A DNA stretch of 64,000 nt from Candidatus Marinacidobacterales bacterium (GCA_965219415.1 CBDCNP010000002.1:3872001-3936000); one strand, 5' to 3'; positions 20,756-34,465 are shown, counted from the stretch's first letter. Notes: generated from the letters alone by a model not told the origin. Program-made: numbers and translations.

Positions 20756-22285
20756 ATGGAGATCAAAGCGGGCGAGATAACCAAAGTCCTTAGAGAGCAG
20801 ATCGGAGAATACGAGACCGGCGTCGACGTCTCCGAGGTCGGCACCGTCGTTTCGGCCGGCGACGGGATCGCGCGCATCTACGGCCTCGAGCGGGTGATGT
20901 ACGGTGAGCTAGTCGAGCTACCTCACGAAGTCTTCGGTCTGGCGATGAACCTCGAAGAGGAATCGGTCAGCCTAGTGCTTTTCGGCGAGACAACCCATAT
21001 CAAGGAAGGGGACACCGCGAAGCGAACGGGGCGGATTCTCCAGGTGCCGGTTGGCGATGCCATGGTCGGTCGCGTCGTGGACGCGCTCGGCCGACCGATA
21101 GATGGTAAGGGGCCGATCCTGACCAAGGAGTTCAATCCCGTCGAGCGCGTTGCCGCCGGCGTGGTGGAGCGCCAGCCGGTGAAGGAGCCGCTACAAACTG
21201 GTATCAAGGCGATCGACGCGATGATCCCCATCGGTCGTGGACAGCGGGAGCTCATTATCGGCGACCGACAGACCGGAAAGACCGCCATCGCCGTGGACGC
21301 GATCATCAATCAGAAGGGCAAAGGCGTTATTTGCATCTACGTGGCGATGGGCCAGAAGCAATCCACGGTGGCTCAGGTGGTGAAGACGCTCGAAGAGCAC
21401 GACTCCATGGAGCACACCATCGTCGTGGTGGCATCGGCCTCCGAGCCAGCACCGCTCCAATACATCGCACCGTACTCCGGATGCGCTATGGGCGAGCACT
21501 TTCTTTACAACGGTGGCCACGCCCTGTGCATCTACGACGACCTATCGAAACATGCGGCAGCCTATCGTGAGATCTCACTGTTGCTCCGGCGCCCGCCGGG
21601 ACGCGAGGCCTATCCAGGCGATGTCTTCTATCTGCACTCGCGGCTACTTGAGCGCGCGGTGAAGCTGAGCGACGATTTAGGTGCGGGCTCGCTGACCGCC
21701 TTCCCGTTCATCGAGACGCAGGCCGGTGACATCTCGGCCTACGTGCCGACCAACGTCATCTCCATCACCGACGGACAAATCTATCTAGAATCCGACCTCT
21801 TCCATTCCGGCGTCCGTCCGGCCGTCAACGTCGGTAACTCCGTCAGTCGTGTGGGAGGTTCGGCGCAGATCCGAGCGATGCGACAGGTGGCGGGAACGAT
21901 GCGGCTCGATCTCGCACAGTATCGGGAAATGGCCGCCTTCGCACAGTTCGGATCCGATCTCGATAAGGCGACCCAGGCGCAGCTCGCCAAGGGTGAGCGC
22001 TTGGTGGAGGTCCTGAAGCAGGACCAGTACCAACCGCTGCCGGTGGAGAAGCAGATCGCGATCATCTTCGCCGCCAACAACGGGTTCCTCGATGATCTGG
22101 CGGTGTCGGAATGCGGAGCGTTCGAGGTGGGGCTTTACAAGTTCCTCGACGATCGTCATCCCGGGACTCTGGCCGCCATCGCCGAGAAGAAAAAACTGGA
22201 CGACGACTTGACGAAGGAGTTGTCCCAAGCGATCACGAACTTCAAAGAAGAATATGGATCCTCAAACGAGGAATCGGCAGCCTAG
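20756..22285 (+). CDS. atpA: ATP synthase subunit alpha
   Basis: [39 protein letters not shown]. Confidence 0.99.
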   Translation: MEIKAGEITKVLREQIGEYETGVDVSEVGTVVSAGDGIARIYGLERVMYGELVELPHEVFGLAMNLEEESVSLVLFGETTHIKEGDTAKRTGRILQVPVGDAMVGRVVDALGRPIDGKGPILTKEFNPVERVAAGVVERQPVKEPLQTGIKAIDAMIPIGRGQRELIIGDRQTGKTAIAVDAIINQKGKGVICIYVAMGQKQSTVAQVVKTLEEHDSMEHTIVVVASASEPAPLQYIAPYSGCAMGEHFLYNGGHALCIYDDLSKHAAAYREISLLLRRPPGREAYPGDVFYLHSRLLERAVKLSDDLGAGSLTAFPFIETQAGDISAYVPTNVISITDGQIYLESDLFHSGVRPAVNVGNSVSRVGGSAQIRAMRQVAGTMRLDLAQYREMAAFAQFGSDLDKATQAQLAKGERLVEVLKQDQYQPLPVEKQIAIIFAANNGFLDDLAVSECGAFEVGLYKFLDDRHPGTLAAIAEKKKLDDDLTKELSQAITNFKEEYGSSNEESAA

Positions 22286-22318
22286 CAAGGGCGAGCTTAG
22301 GAAAATTACGGATCGAGA

Positions 22319-24623
<2,305 letters not shown>

Positions 24624-24626
24624 CTC

Positions 24627-25055
24627 ATGCCCAACCAAATCGAACTAGAAATCGTGACCCCCGAAGGAGTCGCGGTCCGCGAGGCCGTCGACGAGATCGA
24701 AGCACCTGGTAAGGAAGGGTACTTCGGTGTGCTTCCCGGGCACACGCCGTTTCTGACTCAGCTGAAGGCCGGCACTGTCCGTTATCGCGTTGGAACAAAA
24801 GAGGACCTGGTGAGCGTGACCTGGGGTTTCGCCGAGGTTCTTCCCTTCAAAGTCACTTTACTCGTGAGCTCGGCGGAACTTGCTGGGGACATCGATCTCC
24901 AAAGGGCGGAATCGGCTCGCCAGCGTGCACACGCACGCTTGGAAGAGTTCGGCGTCGCCTACGATGTGGACAAAGTACGCGAGGCCCGCGAGGCGTCGGA
25001 GCGGGCACAGGCCCGCTTGGAGACCGTGCAGCGCGCGAACGAAAAGGCGCCCTAG
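24627..25055 (+). CDS. atpC: ATP synthase subunit epsilon
   Basis: LEIVTPE, GYFGVLPGHTPF. Confidence 0.96.
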   Translation: MPNQIELEIVTPEGVAVREAVDEIEAPGKEGYFGVLPGHTPFLTQLKAGTVRYRVGTKEDLVSVTWGFAEVLPFKVTLLVSSAELAGDIDLQRAESARQRAHARLEEFGVAYDVDKVREAREASERAQARLETVQRANEKAP

Positions 25056-25477
25056 CCCTTCATCGACACCGGCTCAGAAACCGCGCTCGAGCGACGTCTA
25101 AAACACCCTGACAGCATCCGTGATTTTCCGCCTCGGCCGCGGGTGTGTTAGTTTGAGTGTGCGGCCAACCCTGCCCGTCACCACGAGAATTCAGTAAGTC
25201 ATGGCACGCCATCCCGATTTTGCATTGGTTCGACGAGCTGGCGAAAAGGCTCGGGCCTTCTTGAAGACTCCGCGAAGTTTGCGGTACAACCTAGCTCTTA
25301 TGCACACCTCCAACTGACACTCGGGCAACGCGCCCGAGCGTCTCGACGCGGCAACCGGAGCTAGTCCTCCTCGCCACCGCGGCTTTCCTTTCCTTGTCTT
25401 GAAACCTCAGGTGTTCGCTGGCGGGTACGACGTCTAGCTCTTTTCGAGCGGCGAAACATTTCTTTGGAGCAAGAGAA

Positions 25478-26902
25478 TTGAAATCGACTGAACAGGTCCG
25501 GACGACCGAGGAAGCGGATGAACCTGGCTTTTGGGCTTCGGTACGGGAGTCTCTCCGGGGAACGGAGAGGGACTTCACCAAAGGAAGCTTGAACCGCGCG
25601 GTGGGGCTTCTTGCCGTTCCAATGGTCTTGGAGATGGCAGGGGAATCGGTCTTCGCGGTTTGCGATGCCTTTTTCGTTGCGCGACTCGGCTCTCACGCTC
25701 TCGCGGCAGTGGGCCTCACCGAATCCATGCTCGAGTTCATTTACGCCGTTGCGGTGGGGCTCAGCATGGCGACGACCGCGATGGTGGCGCGGCGAACCGG
25801 CGAGAAAGACCGGCGGGGCGCGGCGCGGGCCGGAATCCAAGCCATCTTTGTCGGAATGGTGACCGCGGTGGTCTTTGGCATTGCGGGTGCTATTTTTGCA
25901 CCGCAGCTCCTCGGATTGATGGGAGCCTCGGCGGAGACGGTCGAGATGGGTAGCACCTATACCCGCGTGATGTACGCTGGAATGGTCACTATCCTGCTGC
26001 TCTTTCTGAACAACGCGATCTACCGGGGTGTAGGCGACGCCACCACCGCGATGCGGGCGCTGTGGATCGCAAACGCGATCAATCTGGTCTTGGACCCTTG
26101 CCTGATCTTTGGTCTCGGCCCCTTCCCGGAACTCGGTCTCATGGGAGCGGCGGTGGCGACCACCATCGGACGCGGCACCGGAGTGCTCTACCAGTTCTGG
26201 CGATTCCAGAGAAGTAAGCGTTTGCAAATGATCCGTGAGGATATTGCGGTCGACTTAGGCGTCATCGTGCGACTGCTCCGCTTGTCGGCGGGCGGTGTTG
26301 GTCAAATGCTCATCGCCACCGCGAGCTACGTCGGACTCATCCGTATACTCGCCACATTCGGAAGCCTCGTACTCGCCGGGTACGTAATCTCTATTCGCAT
26401 CGTCATCTTTGTCATTCTTCTGTCGTGGGGCTTGAGCAATGCTGCTGCAACGCTGGTGGGACAAAACTTGGGGGCTCGAAAGCCCGAGCGGGCGGAGCGC
26501 GCGGTGTGGTTGACCGGGATGTGGAACATGATGTTCATGGCGGTGGTCACGGTAGTGCTTCTTTTTTTTGCACCCGAGATCATACGCGTCTTCACAAGCG
26601 ATTCCGAAGTGTCGTCAGTCGGAATCCGGAGCCTGCGCATCATCAGTTGCGGTTACGTGTTCTACGCTTGGGGCATGGTCATGATGCAAGCATTCAACGG
26701 GGCCGGTGACACCGCCACGCCGACGTGGATCAACTTCTTTTGTTTCTGGCTATTTCAGATTCCGTTGGCCTATGTCCTGGCGAAGCCTCTTGATGTGGGG
26801 CCGGCGGGAGTCTTCATTTCTATCGCCGTGTCGTACTCGTTATCCGCGCTCGTGGGGATCATCCTCTTTCGACGAGGCAACTGGAAGAAGAAGAAGGTGT
26901 AA
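25478..26902 (+). CDS. MATE family efflux transporter
   Basis: ~12 hydrophobic segments; INLVLDPCLIFG, GAAVAT, LVGQNLGA. Confidence 0.92.
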   Translation: MKSTEQVRTTEEADEPGFWASVRESLRGTERDFTKGSLNRAVGLLAVPMVLEMAGESVFAVCDAFFVARLGSHALAAVGLTESMLEFIYAVAVGLSMATTAMVARRTGEKDRRGAARAGIQAIFVGMVTAVVFGIAGAIFAPQLLGLMGASAETVEMGSTYTRVMYAGMVTILLLFLNNAIYRGVGDATTAMRALWIANAINLVLDPCLIFGLGPFPELGLMGAAVATTIGRGTGVLYQFWRFQRSKRLQMIREDIAVDLGVIVRLLRLSAGGVGQMLIATASYVGLIRILATFGSLVLAGYVISIRIVIFVILLSWGLSNAAATLVGQNLGARKPERAERAVWLTGMWNMMFMAVVTVVLLFFAPEIIRVFTSDSEVSSVGIRSLRIISCGYVFYAWGMVMMQAFNGAGDTATPTWINFFCFWLFQIPLAYVLAKPLDVGPAGVFISIAVSYSLSALVGIILFRRGNWKKKKV

Positions 26903-26915
26903 AGCGGGAGAGTGG

Positions 26916-27683
26916 TTACCGGGCGCGTTGCGTGGCGACACCCTCGCTCGAATCCAAAACGAGCGTCGCGTCGAGGTCTTCCCGGCGCAGGGTTCCGAAG
27001 GCGAACATCGTGTAGGTCGCGTTTCTCGCCAGGCCGTACGGTACGACGGGTAGCAAGGCTTCCGTCGTTCCCGTACGGCGCACCTCCAAGGGGTAGTTGC
27101 CGGCGTCGAGGTTCCGATAGGGCGCTTGTTCTAGGTACTCGACACGACGCACGAGGGCGGTGCGGCGATTCTCCCAAAGACCGAGAGGCGACGGAAAGTC
27201 CAACATCGCGTTGATGAGGCGTATCCGTGCTCGTTCCCCGCTGGGAGCGAGATCGTCTTGGATGTCGGTCACCCTGAGCGTGCGGGTGTCCACCAGGCCG
27301 GAGGCAATGATCGTCACAGCGTCATTCGGGCCGATGTCGAAAGTCGTCTTGAGATCGACGGTGCGGGGGTCGACGCCAGACTTTGGCGGGGGTATGAAAA
27401 CGATGCGATGGGATCCCGGCTCGATGCGCTGGTAGCTCGTCACCGCCGGGTAACTGAGCCGTTCACGAAAGGTCCTTCCGTCGAGGCGGATTCTGGATCC
27501 GTTCAAATCCGAGCTCAAGTTTGCGACGCGGAGCCAAGTACCGGTGAAGGTTCCAACGATAGGAGTGGACTCGGACGGTCCGGTCACGTCTGGCGCGTCA
27601 TCCTCACCGCAGCTGGTTAGTGCGAGCAGGGCCACAGTAACGAGCCATCGTGGCAGGTGGCGCTTGTTCACAGCAAAACTCAT
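26916..27683 (-). CDS. DUF4397-like lipoprotein (start uncertain; ORF open to 27737)
   Basis: Lipobox LTSC; two repeats of the (W/I)LRV(A/I)N... beta-sandwich pattern. Confidence 0.7.
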   Translation of the reverse strand: MSFAVNKRHLPRWLVTVALLALTSCGEDDAPDVTGPSESTPIVGTFTGTWLRVANLSSDLNGSRIRLDGRTFRERLSYPAVTSYQRIEPGSHRIVFIPPPKSGVDPRTVDLKTTFDIGPNDAVTIIASGLVDTRTLRVTDIQDDLAPSGERARIRLINAMLDFPSPLGLWENRRTALVRRVEYLEQAPYRNLDAGNYPLEVRRTGTTEALLPVVPYGLARNATYTMFAFGTLRREDLDATLVLDSSEGVATQRAR

Positions 27684-27774
27684 TTTATCGCTCTGACCCG
27701 ACGCGTGCGTGCTGAAACGTTTCTGGCGTGAAAACAAGAGGTTGCCAGTAATCAGCCTAGCCAGACGCCGGTGC

Positions 27775-28602
27775 CTACTCGGCCCGTTTGAGTTCCGACT
27801 CGGCGGCGATATACCCGAAGGCCGGCCAATAGGGGCCCGCGACGATCTTTTGGAGGAGCTTGCGAGCTCTCGCCTCCTCTCCGTTGAAGAGGTACTGGCT
27901 GGCGAGACCGTGGCCGTATGTCGCGAGCTCCAGAGTCGACACAGTTTCCGAATCGATGAGCTCGTCTTCGTCTAATCGTCCTTTGTAGAAGGCGAGGAGC
28001 TTGAAGTAGGCCACCATGCGTTCGACCCTCATGGCAGGTCGGATCGGCGCCAAAACGGCCTGGGCCTCTTTGTCCCGATCGAGCTGGCGGAGGGATAGGT
28101 AGAGCCAGTAGGAGGCGGCGATTCGGTCGTCATCGTTGGTCGCGATGTCGAGACTATTCTGGTAGGCGGTCACAGCCGCCGCGAAATCCCGCGTCAAGTA
28201 GTGTGAGAGCGCGAGGTGATACGAAATGTCGAAGCTTTCGGGATCGAGTTGGCGAGCCTTTATTAGATCTGTCTGCGCTTTAGTGAAGTTGCGAACGGTG
28301 ATGTAGCGATGCCCACGGTGTCGATAGAGCGCTGCCCAGTCGGGCTTTTGCTCGATGCCGCGGGAGTAGGTTTCGATGGCTTGGCGGTAGTGCTTCAAAG
28401 ACCCATAAATCAATCCTAACTCTATGAGAAGCTCCACGTTCTCAGGATCCTCGGCGAGTCGGGCCTGTGCTTCTGCGATCACCCCGCGAGCGTCGGGCGA
28501 GCCGTAGTACTTTTTCCCGCTGGGGGAAACGTACTCGGGCTCGACCTGAAAGGGCGACAACGCCGTCGCCACCACCCACGCGGTCAACCAAAACAACTTC
28601 AT
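27775..28602 (-). CDS. Secreted TPR protein
   Basis: Signal peptide; TPR repeats (AIETYSRGIE, LYRHRGHRYIT). Confidence 0.85.
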   Translation of the reverse strand: MKLFWLTAWVVATALSPFQVEPEYVSPSGKKYYGSPDARGVIAEAQARLAEDPENVELLIELGLIYGSLKHYRQAIETYSRGIEQKPDWAALYRHRGHRYITVRNFTKAQTDLIKARQLDPESFDISYHLALSHYLTRDFAAAVTAYQNSLDIATNDDDRIAASYWLYLSLRQLDRDKEAQAVLAPIRPAMRVERMVAYFKLLAFYKGRLDEDELIDSETVSTLELATYGHGLASQYLFNGEEARARKLLQKIVAGPYWPAFGYIAAESELKRAE

Positions 28603-28615
28603 CTACTCACACTCC

Positions 28616-29476
28616 TTAATCCCCGGCGCCGTAGATCAGCAGTTCATCGATGGCGCCACGGCCTTTCGCCTTGGAGTTGATCGAGCGGGGGACGCGGACG
28701 CGATCCAGCGTCGGTCTCGGACTCAGTCCTCGATAAAGGTACCTTACGATCTCGGCGTCGCTGTTCGATAAAACAACGAACGCGCCCTTCTTCCTCAGAT
28801 TCCCGAACACCCGTGCCAGCCGCCCTTGCTCTTCAGTTCCGAATCCTTCCGAGGTATAGGCAGTGAAGCGGCTGGTCGCAGAAAGGGGCTGATACGGGGG
28901 ATCGAAGTAGATCAAATCGTTTCGACCACAGTCACTCACTGCTTCTTCGAAGTCTACGCACAAGATCTCAACATCTCGAAGGGCTCGAGAAACGAGTCGA
29001 AGGTTCTTTTCGTCAAGGATTTTGGGGTTGGTGTATTTGCCCAATGGTACGTTGAACTCACCTCGCCGGTTGACGCGCCAGAGTCCGTTGTAACAGGTGC
29101 GGTTGAGATAGATAAAGAGAGCAGCCCGCTCGACCGGATCGGTGGGATGGCTCCGACGAACCTCATAGTAGTGTTCGGGTGAGTGTTTTTGCGCATGAAC
29201 CTCTAGCCCCGAGAGTAATTCATCCACGGCGTCTCGAACGACAATATAAGTGTTCGTCAAGAGTGGATTGCGATCGGCGATGCGGCACGCAAGATAGGGA
29301 AGCTCGTGGCGAATCCAAAAAAAGAGCGCACCTCCGCCGACGAAAGGCTCCACATATCGCGTGAAGGTTTCTGTTGGTGGCACGCGCTTGACGATCTCTT
29401 CGATCAGCGTCGTTTTGCCGCCTGCCCACTTGAGAAAGGGACGGGGACGCTCTCGAGGCGATGGGGAATCAGCCAT
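28616..29476 (-). CDS. Dam/D12-class DNA adenine methyltransferase (orphan)
   Basis: PFLKWAGGK, YVEPFVGGGA, YLNRTCYNGLWRVN, YFDPPY, LSNSD. Confidence 0.93.
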   Translation of the reverse strand: MADSPSPRERPRPFLKWAGGKTTLIEEIVKRVPPTETFTRYVEPFVGGGALFFWIRHELPYLACRIADRNPLLTNTYIVVRDAVDELLSGLEVHAQKHSPEHYYEVRRSHPTDPVERAALFIYLNRTCYNGLWRVNRRGEFNVPLGKYTNPKILDEKNLRLVSRALRDVEILCVDFEEAVSDCGRNDLIYFDPPYQPLSATSRFTAYTSEGFGTEEQGRLARVFGNLRKKGAFVVLSNSDAEIVRYLYRGLSPRPTLDRVRVPRSINSKAKGRGAIDELLIYGAGD

Positions 29477-29496
29477 CGGGAGCTTCGGTCGGCCCG

Positions 29497-30396
29497 CTAT
29501 GCTCGTACCCAGCGGTCTTTCTCCAAGGATTGCGAAGCCGTTCGCCCGGTTCGGGATTCGGGTTTCATGAGAAGGTACTCGAGATTACTGTAGATGACGC
29601 TTTGCGTGAGGCGGTTTCGCTCCAACCACCGGCGCAAGACGCCGGGCACGCGTCGAGCGAAGAAGCCGCTCATTTGACGTTTTTCCTTCACCAATCGAAA
29701 ACCGGTTCCCTCTAGCCATCGGCGCACCACGGAGACGGTGACCTTCTGAAGAAGATCGTCCTTCTTCTTCTCTCCCCGAGCAGCGATCATGTGGCAGGAG
29801 TTCGACTCCCCTTGCTGTTCCAACCAAGAGGGGTGCTTGCCGGCTAGATAGAAGTTCAGGCGGAAGGCCCAGCTTCGTGGGAGGAGAAGCTGATACGGAA
29901 TTGGAATCTTGAGCCTTGCCAGATGTGAGCCGGAGGAGGAGTAATACGGGGGAGTCGAAAGAAAGAGAACGCCCCCAGGTCGTAAAACGCGGAAACACTC
30001 ACTCAGGTAAGTTTCCGGAGACTCCACATGCTCTATGACCGAATGCGAGAGTACAACATCGAAGTAGGCGTCCTGGAAGGGAAGAGAAATGCCGTCGCCT
30101 TGCACGAAGGAGACATTGGCGACGCCATGTTCCTTCGCAAGGCGCACTCCCGCGTCGGTGAACCGGTCGACGATATCCAAACCGACCGCGAACTTGGATT
30201 CTTCGGCAAAGGAGACCGCCACGCCCCCACCGCCACAGCCGGCATCGAGAACCGACGCGGCGGTACCAATACTGGAGCCTTCGAGCTGGCTCAGGATCTT
30301 CGCGCTTCGGTAGTATTCGAAAAGCGAGTAGTGATAGTCAGACCGGAAACGGATGGCGCCGTATTCACGAATGGCGTCTGGCTGTACTTCCCGCAA
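29497..30396 (-). CDS. Class I SAM-dependent methyltransferase
   Basis: VLDAGCGGG, LPFQDAYFDVV, RVLRPGG. Confidence 0.88.
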   Translation of the reverse strand: MREVQPDAIREYGAIRFRSDYHYSLFEYYRSAKILSQLEGSSIGTAASVLDAGCGGGGVAVSFAEESKFAVGLDIVDRFTDAGVRLAKEHGVANVSFVQGDGISLPFQDAYFDVVLSHSVIEHVESPETYLSECFRVLRPGGVLFLSTPPYYSSSGSHLARLKIPIPYQLLLPRSWAFRLNFYLAGKHPSWLEQQGESNSCHMIAARGEKKKDDLLQKVTVSVVRRWLEGTGFRLVKEKRQMSGFFARRVPGVLRRWLERNRLTQSVIYSNLEYLLMKPESRTGRTASQSLEKDRWVRA

Positions 30397-30452
30397 GGAT
30401 GGCTCCCTCGGCCCGGGGCGGTGACTCGCCGTGTCGCCGAGTTTTAGGGGTG

Positions 30453-30860
30453 CTACCCGCCTCTGACCTGCACCTTTGCCGTGCCCGAGATGACGATCTT
30501 CCGGCCGTTTTTGAGTCGCAGACGGACGGTGTAGGTTCCCGGATGCTTGTACTGGTTGGAGCTGCTGAAACGTCGAGTGATCTCCATACCCGGTTCAAAG
30601 GGATCGCAGTCCACCTCGTGAAGCGACGGGTTTCTGCCATCGTCCCAATCCCACTCTTCGTCGAGGCAGTAGTATTTCTCCATGTCTTCTGGTTCGCCCT
30701 CGAGCTCGGCGGTAACCCTCACCGTGACTGTCAGCTTAAATCCCGACCTGGGGTCGGATATGGGCAGGAAGACTATGCGCGGGGCCTCTAGGTCGAGCTC
30801 CATGTCGTCCGTGGCGCCCAAGACGAGCAGAGCGGTTGCGAGACCTATGAGAACCTTCAT
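30453..30860 (-). CDS. Secreted PKD-like domain protein
   Basis: Signal peptide; WDWDDG...YKHPGTYTVRL. Confidence 0.7.
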   Translation of the reverse strand: MKVLIGLATALLVLGATDDMELDLEAPRIVFLPISDPRSGFKLTVTVRVTAELEGEPEDMEKYYCLDEEWDWDDGRNPSLHEVDCDPFEPGMEITRRFSSSNQYKHPGTYTVRLRLKNGRKIVISGTAKVQVRGG

Positions 30861-30893
30861 GCCTCTATGTTAGCACGGTGGGCCAAGTTTCCT

Positions 30894-32942
30894 TCAAGCC
30901 TGGGATCGCAAGGCCGCGAGAACGTCTTCAAGGTTCTCGGTCGGCGCCTGACAGGCGTAGTTCTCGCACAGGTAGAAGCGAGGCTCGCCGTTGGCTGGAG
31001 TCTTTCCGGTAAGCAATGGAACCTTCTGCTCCACTTCGTTGCGGTGGGGCCACGAAGGATCGAGAAGCGCCACCGCCTCGTTGGGAGTGAAGAGCCCCCA
31101 GATCTTTGCCAGTGCGTCTTTGGTGGTCGCCGCGCTCGCCGAACCCACGACCGCGACCTCCCGTTTCGCTCCGAGGTAATAGTCCAGTGCGGCGAGCATC
31201 TGCGCGAAACCAGAAGGAGAGCGGTTCATTTGAGCGTGAAACGCATGAATCGTCTCCTGGCCCCGCGCCTCAAAATCGGACTGCCCGGAGTAGGTAGCGA
31301 GTTTTAACAAGTATGATGCGGCCACCGCATTGCCGGCGGGGATGGCACCGTCGTAGCCCGTTTTTGAGCGCATGATGAGAGATTCATGATCGGAACCGGT
31401 AAAGAAGAACCCGCCGTGGTTCTCATCCCAAAACAATCGCACCATCTCTTTGGCTAGCCGAGTGGCTTCGTCCAGCCAGGCGATATCGAAATCCGATTGG
31501 TAGAGCTCGAGGAGCCCCCCCATGAGGAACGCATAGTCATCGAGATACGCGGGAAGCTTCGCCCGTCCCTCTCGGTAAGTGGCCAGCAGGCGTCCGTCCT
31601 TGACGAGCGTTTCTCGTGCAAATCGCGCGGTTTTCGCCGCCGAGTCTAGAAACTTCTGATCACCGAGAACCCGAAATCCCCGGGCCATGGCGATAATCAT
31701 CAAGCCGTTCCAGCTGGTGAGGACCTTGTCGTCGAGGCCGGGCTTGATTCGCTGCTCGCGCGCCTCGAGAAGAATGCGACGCCCCTCCGAAAGCTCATCC
31801 GAGCTCGGGTCGATATCTTGAGAGTCGGAGAGGAGCCGGTTGAGAATATTCGTTTCCTCCCAGTTGCCGCCTTCGGTGACGTCGTAGTAATTGCAGAAGG
31901 TCTCGGATCGATCTCCGAGGAGAGCCTCGACTTCCTTTTTCCTCCAGACGAAGAACTTGCCCTCGACGCCTTCACTATCCGCGTCCTGGCTGGAGTAGTA
32001 GCCTCCCTCCGGTCCCTGCATTTCGCGAAGCACGTATTCCAGCGTCTCTGTTGCCACGCGTCGGTACTCCGCTTTGCCGGTCACCTGGTAGGCCTCGAGG
32101 TAAGCCGGAACCAGAAGGGCGTTGTCGTAGAGCATTTTTTCGAAGTGGGGGACCAACCACCGCGCGTCGGTGGAGTAGCGGTGAAAGCCTCCCCCGAGTT
32201 GATCGTACATCCCGCCCGCCGCCATCTTTTGAAGCGTGAGCTCCGCCATTTGGAGTGCGTCCTCGTCGCCGTGGGTGTGATGGAAGCGAAGCAGCAACGA
32301 AATCGCGCCCGATGGGGGAAACTTGGGGGCTGGCGTGAATCCGCCGTCGCGGGGATCGAAACGGCCGGCGAGCTCGCGAACCGCGTCGCGCAAGAGGTTC
32401 GGGGAGAGCAGCTCCGCGCTGGCGCTGGTTTGCCCCAACGTTTGGAGGTGCGCGGTGAGCTGTTCGGCGGTCGTTTCAACCTGGCCCCGATGCTCGCCAT
32501 AGATCCGAGCAACCTCGTTGAGCACGCTCGAAAAGCCAGGCCGGCCAAACCGATCGTCGGGCGGAAAGTAAGTGCCGCCGTAGAAGGGTTTGAGATCGGG
32601 AGTCAAGAAAACCGTCAGTGGCCATCCACCGGAGCCAGTCATGATCTGTACCGCGCTCATGTAAATGTCGTCGATATCCGGGCGTTCTTCTCGGTCCACT
32701 TTGATGGATACGAAATGCTCGTTCATTAGAGCGGCAACTTCTTCGCTCTCGAAGGACTCTCTTTCCATGACGTGACACCAGTGGCAGGCGGAGTAGCCGA
32801 TGGAGAGGAGGATGGGCTTGTCTTCTTTCTTGGATTTCTCCAAGGCCTCCGCACCCCACGGATACCACGCGACGGGATTGTGGGCGTGCTGAAGGAGATA
32901 GGGGCTGGTCTCGTCGGCGAGCCGATTGGTGTGCTCGTTCAT
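30894..32942 (-). CDS. YyaL/DUF255 thioredoxin-domain protein (SPATA20-like)
   Basis: [41 protein letters not shown]. Confidence 0.95.
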   Translation of the reverse strand: MNEHTNRLADETSPYLLQHAHNPVAWYPWGAEALEKSKKEDKPILLSIGYSACHWCHVMERESFESEEVAALMNEHFVSIKVDREERPDIDDIYMSAVQIMTGSGGWPLTVFLTPDLKPFYGGTYFPPDDRFGRPGFSSVLNEVARIYGEHRGQVETTAEQLTAHLQTLGQTSASAELLSPNLLRDAVRELAGRFDPRDGGFTPAPKFPPSGAISLLLRFHHTHGDEDALQMAELTLQKMAAGGMYDQLGGGFHRYSTDARWLVPHFEKMLYDNALLVPAYLEAYQVTGKAEYRRVATETLEYVLREMQGPEGGYYSSQDADSEGVEGKFFVWRKKEVEALLGDRSETFCNYYDVTEGGNWEETNILNRLLSDSQDIDPSSDELSEGRRILLEAREQRIKPGLDDKVLTSWNGLMIIAMARGFRVLGDQKFLDSAAKTARFARETLVKDGRLLATYREGRAKLPAYLDDYAFLMGGLLELYQSDFDIAWLDEATRLAKEMVRLFWDENHGGFFFTGSDHESLIMRSKTGYDGAIPAGNAVAASYLLKLATYSGQSDFEARGQETIHAFHAQMNRSPSGFAQMLAALDYYLGAKREVAVVGSASAATTKDALAKIWGLFTPNEAVALLDPSWPHRNEVEQKVPLLTGKTPANGEPRFYLCENYACQAPTENLEDVLAALRSQA

Positions 32943-32986
32943 CGACGCATTCTAGCCAAGATCCGGAAGGCGCCGCGACCCGGGGC

Positions 32987-33378
32987 TCAGTCTCGCGGCC
33001 CTCGCAGGCGCGCGTCGAACCAGTCGACCAGGGTTGTTGGTAGAGAGGGGTCTTGAATGAAGAGCTCGGCACCGTGCCGCGAGCCCTTGTAGACAAGGAG
33101 CTCGCTGGCGGCATTCTTAGAACGGTCGAATGTTCTCTTCATCGAGTCGGGCGTGCCGTATCCATCTTGCTCGCTGTAGAGGCAGAAGATAGCGCGTGCC
33201 GCAATATCGGAATAGGTCTCGTCCGCTTCCGTAGTGAGCGAACCGGAAAGAAGAACGATCGCCTTGACCTCCCCGTGACGCTGGGCCAGCAGAACGGCTT
33301 GCGAGCTTCCGCAACTGGCTCCCAAGACACCCGATCATTCTTGGTCGACACGCGGCTGGGAAAGAAGGAATCGGTAGG
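32987..33378 (-). pseudogene. Alpha/beta-hydrolase remnant, 5'-truncated by IS5
   Basis: Nucleophile elbow GVLGASCG and C-terminal HG; upstream frame YRFLLSQPRVDQE has an in-frame TGA and ends at the IS IR. Confidence 0.7.
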
Positions 33379-34465
33379 TGCCTTGGTGCACAACTCGTGA
33401 TCTCGGTCCACAATTGTCCTGTACTCGCGGATACGAGGTTCCCCATGAGCATTTTCAAACGCACTCAGCGGAAGTATGTGAAGAAGGCCTATCGCGTGAG
33501 GAATTGGCGTGAATATGAGGCGGGTCTACGCAACCGCGGGAGCCTGACCGTCTGGATCTCGCTCACCGCCGGCAAGCTTGTGAACTGGGACGCGCCCCGG
33601 CCAAGGAGGAGGAAACCGGGCCGTCAACGCAAATACTCGAACCACGCCATCGAGACGGCTGTCACCCTGGGCATGGTGTTTCATCTGTCATCTAGGCAGA
33701 GCGAGGGATTGCTGCGGTCGTTGTTCGCTCTGATGAAGCTAGACAATGATGTGCCCGATCACACCACGATCTCGAGGCGCAAGCCGAAGCTGGGTAAGGT
33801 CCCCTTCTACCCAGTCAAGCAGAAGACGCCGTTGCACATCTTGTTCGACAGCAGCGGTCTCGCTGTCCACGCCGGCCAGCTGCGCAGAGCACAAAAGAGC
33901 AGGGACTATCGCAAGCTCCATCTGTGTGTCGACGAGCAGAGTGGCGAAGTCGTCGCCGGCGAGCTGACGAGCAAAAGAGCCCGCGATTCATCGCGGGTTG
34001 CATCGCTTGTCGGACAGATCGACAGTCCCATCTCATCGGCCAGAGCTGACACCGCATACGACGCCGGCGGCGTCTATGAGGCAATCGAGAATCACAGCGC
34101 TCATCGCTCGCCGAGGGTGCTGATACCGCCGCGCAAGGGCGCCCTGCTCGCATCGGGGCCGGCGAGCAGCCGACAGCGCAATCGCAACATTGCAGCACAA
34201 GCTCGGCTCGGCAAACGAAAGTGGCACACAGAATCGGGCTACAGCAAACGGAGCAAAGTCGAGACAACGTTCCATCGCTACAAGGCTATCGTGGGCTCAG
34301 CGATGCGAGCGAGAGGGTTGGCGGCACAGAGAGGTGAGGCAAGGATCGGGTGCAAGATTCTCAACACCATGACGGCGCTCGGGATGCCTGATACCGAGAT
34401 GATCGGATGATGGGAGTCGGGGCCAAGCGAGCTCTCGGCCTCTATCGGAGTTGTGCACCAAGGCA
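33379..34465 (+). mobile_element. IS5-family (IS903-like) insertion sequence
   Basis: Perfect 18-bp IRs TGCCTTGGTGCACAACTC (33379-33396 and 34448-34465); no target duplication. Confidence 0.92.
33445..34410 (+). CDS. IS5-family transposase
   Basis: YRVRNWREYEAGLRNRGSLTVW, PDHTTISRR, DSSG, GYSKRSKVET. Confidence 0.92.
   Translation: MSIFKRTQRKYVKKAYRVRNWREYEAGLRNRGSLTVWISLTAGKLVNWDAPRPRRRKPGRQRKYSNHAIETAVTLGMVFHLSSRQSEGLLRSLFALMKLDNDVPDHTTISRRKPKLGKVPFYPVKQKTPLHILFDSSGLAVHAGQLRRAQKSRDYRKLHLCVDEQSGEVVAGELTSKRARDSSRVASLVGQIDSPISSARADTAYDAGGVYEAIENHSAHRSPRVLIPPRKGALLASGPASSRQRNRNIAAQARLGKRKWHTESGYSKRSKVETTFHRYKAIVGSAMRARGLAAQRGEARIGCKILNTMTALGMPDTEMIG

Noticed and set aside
25056-25477. 420-bp gap after atpC as a possible ncRNA or riboswitch
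   Set aside because: No recognisable tRNA or riboswitch consensus; only short hairpins and a degenerate copy of the dispersed motif.
33335-33337. In-frame TGA in the hydrolase remnant as a second selenocysteine
   Set aside because: Not at a Cys-equivalent position, and the gene is IS-truncated; this is decay.
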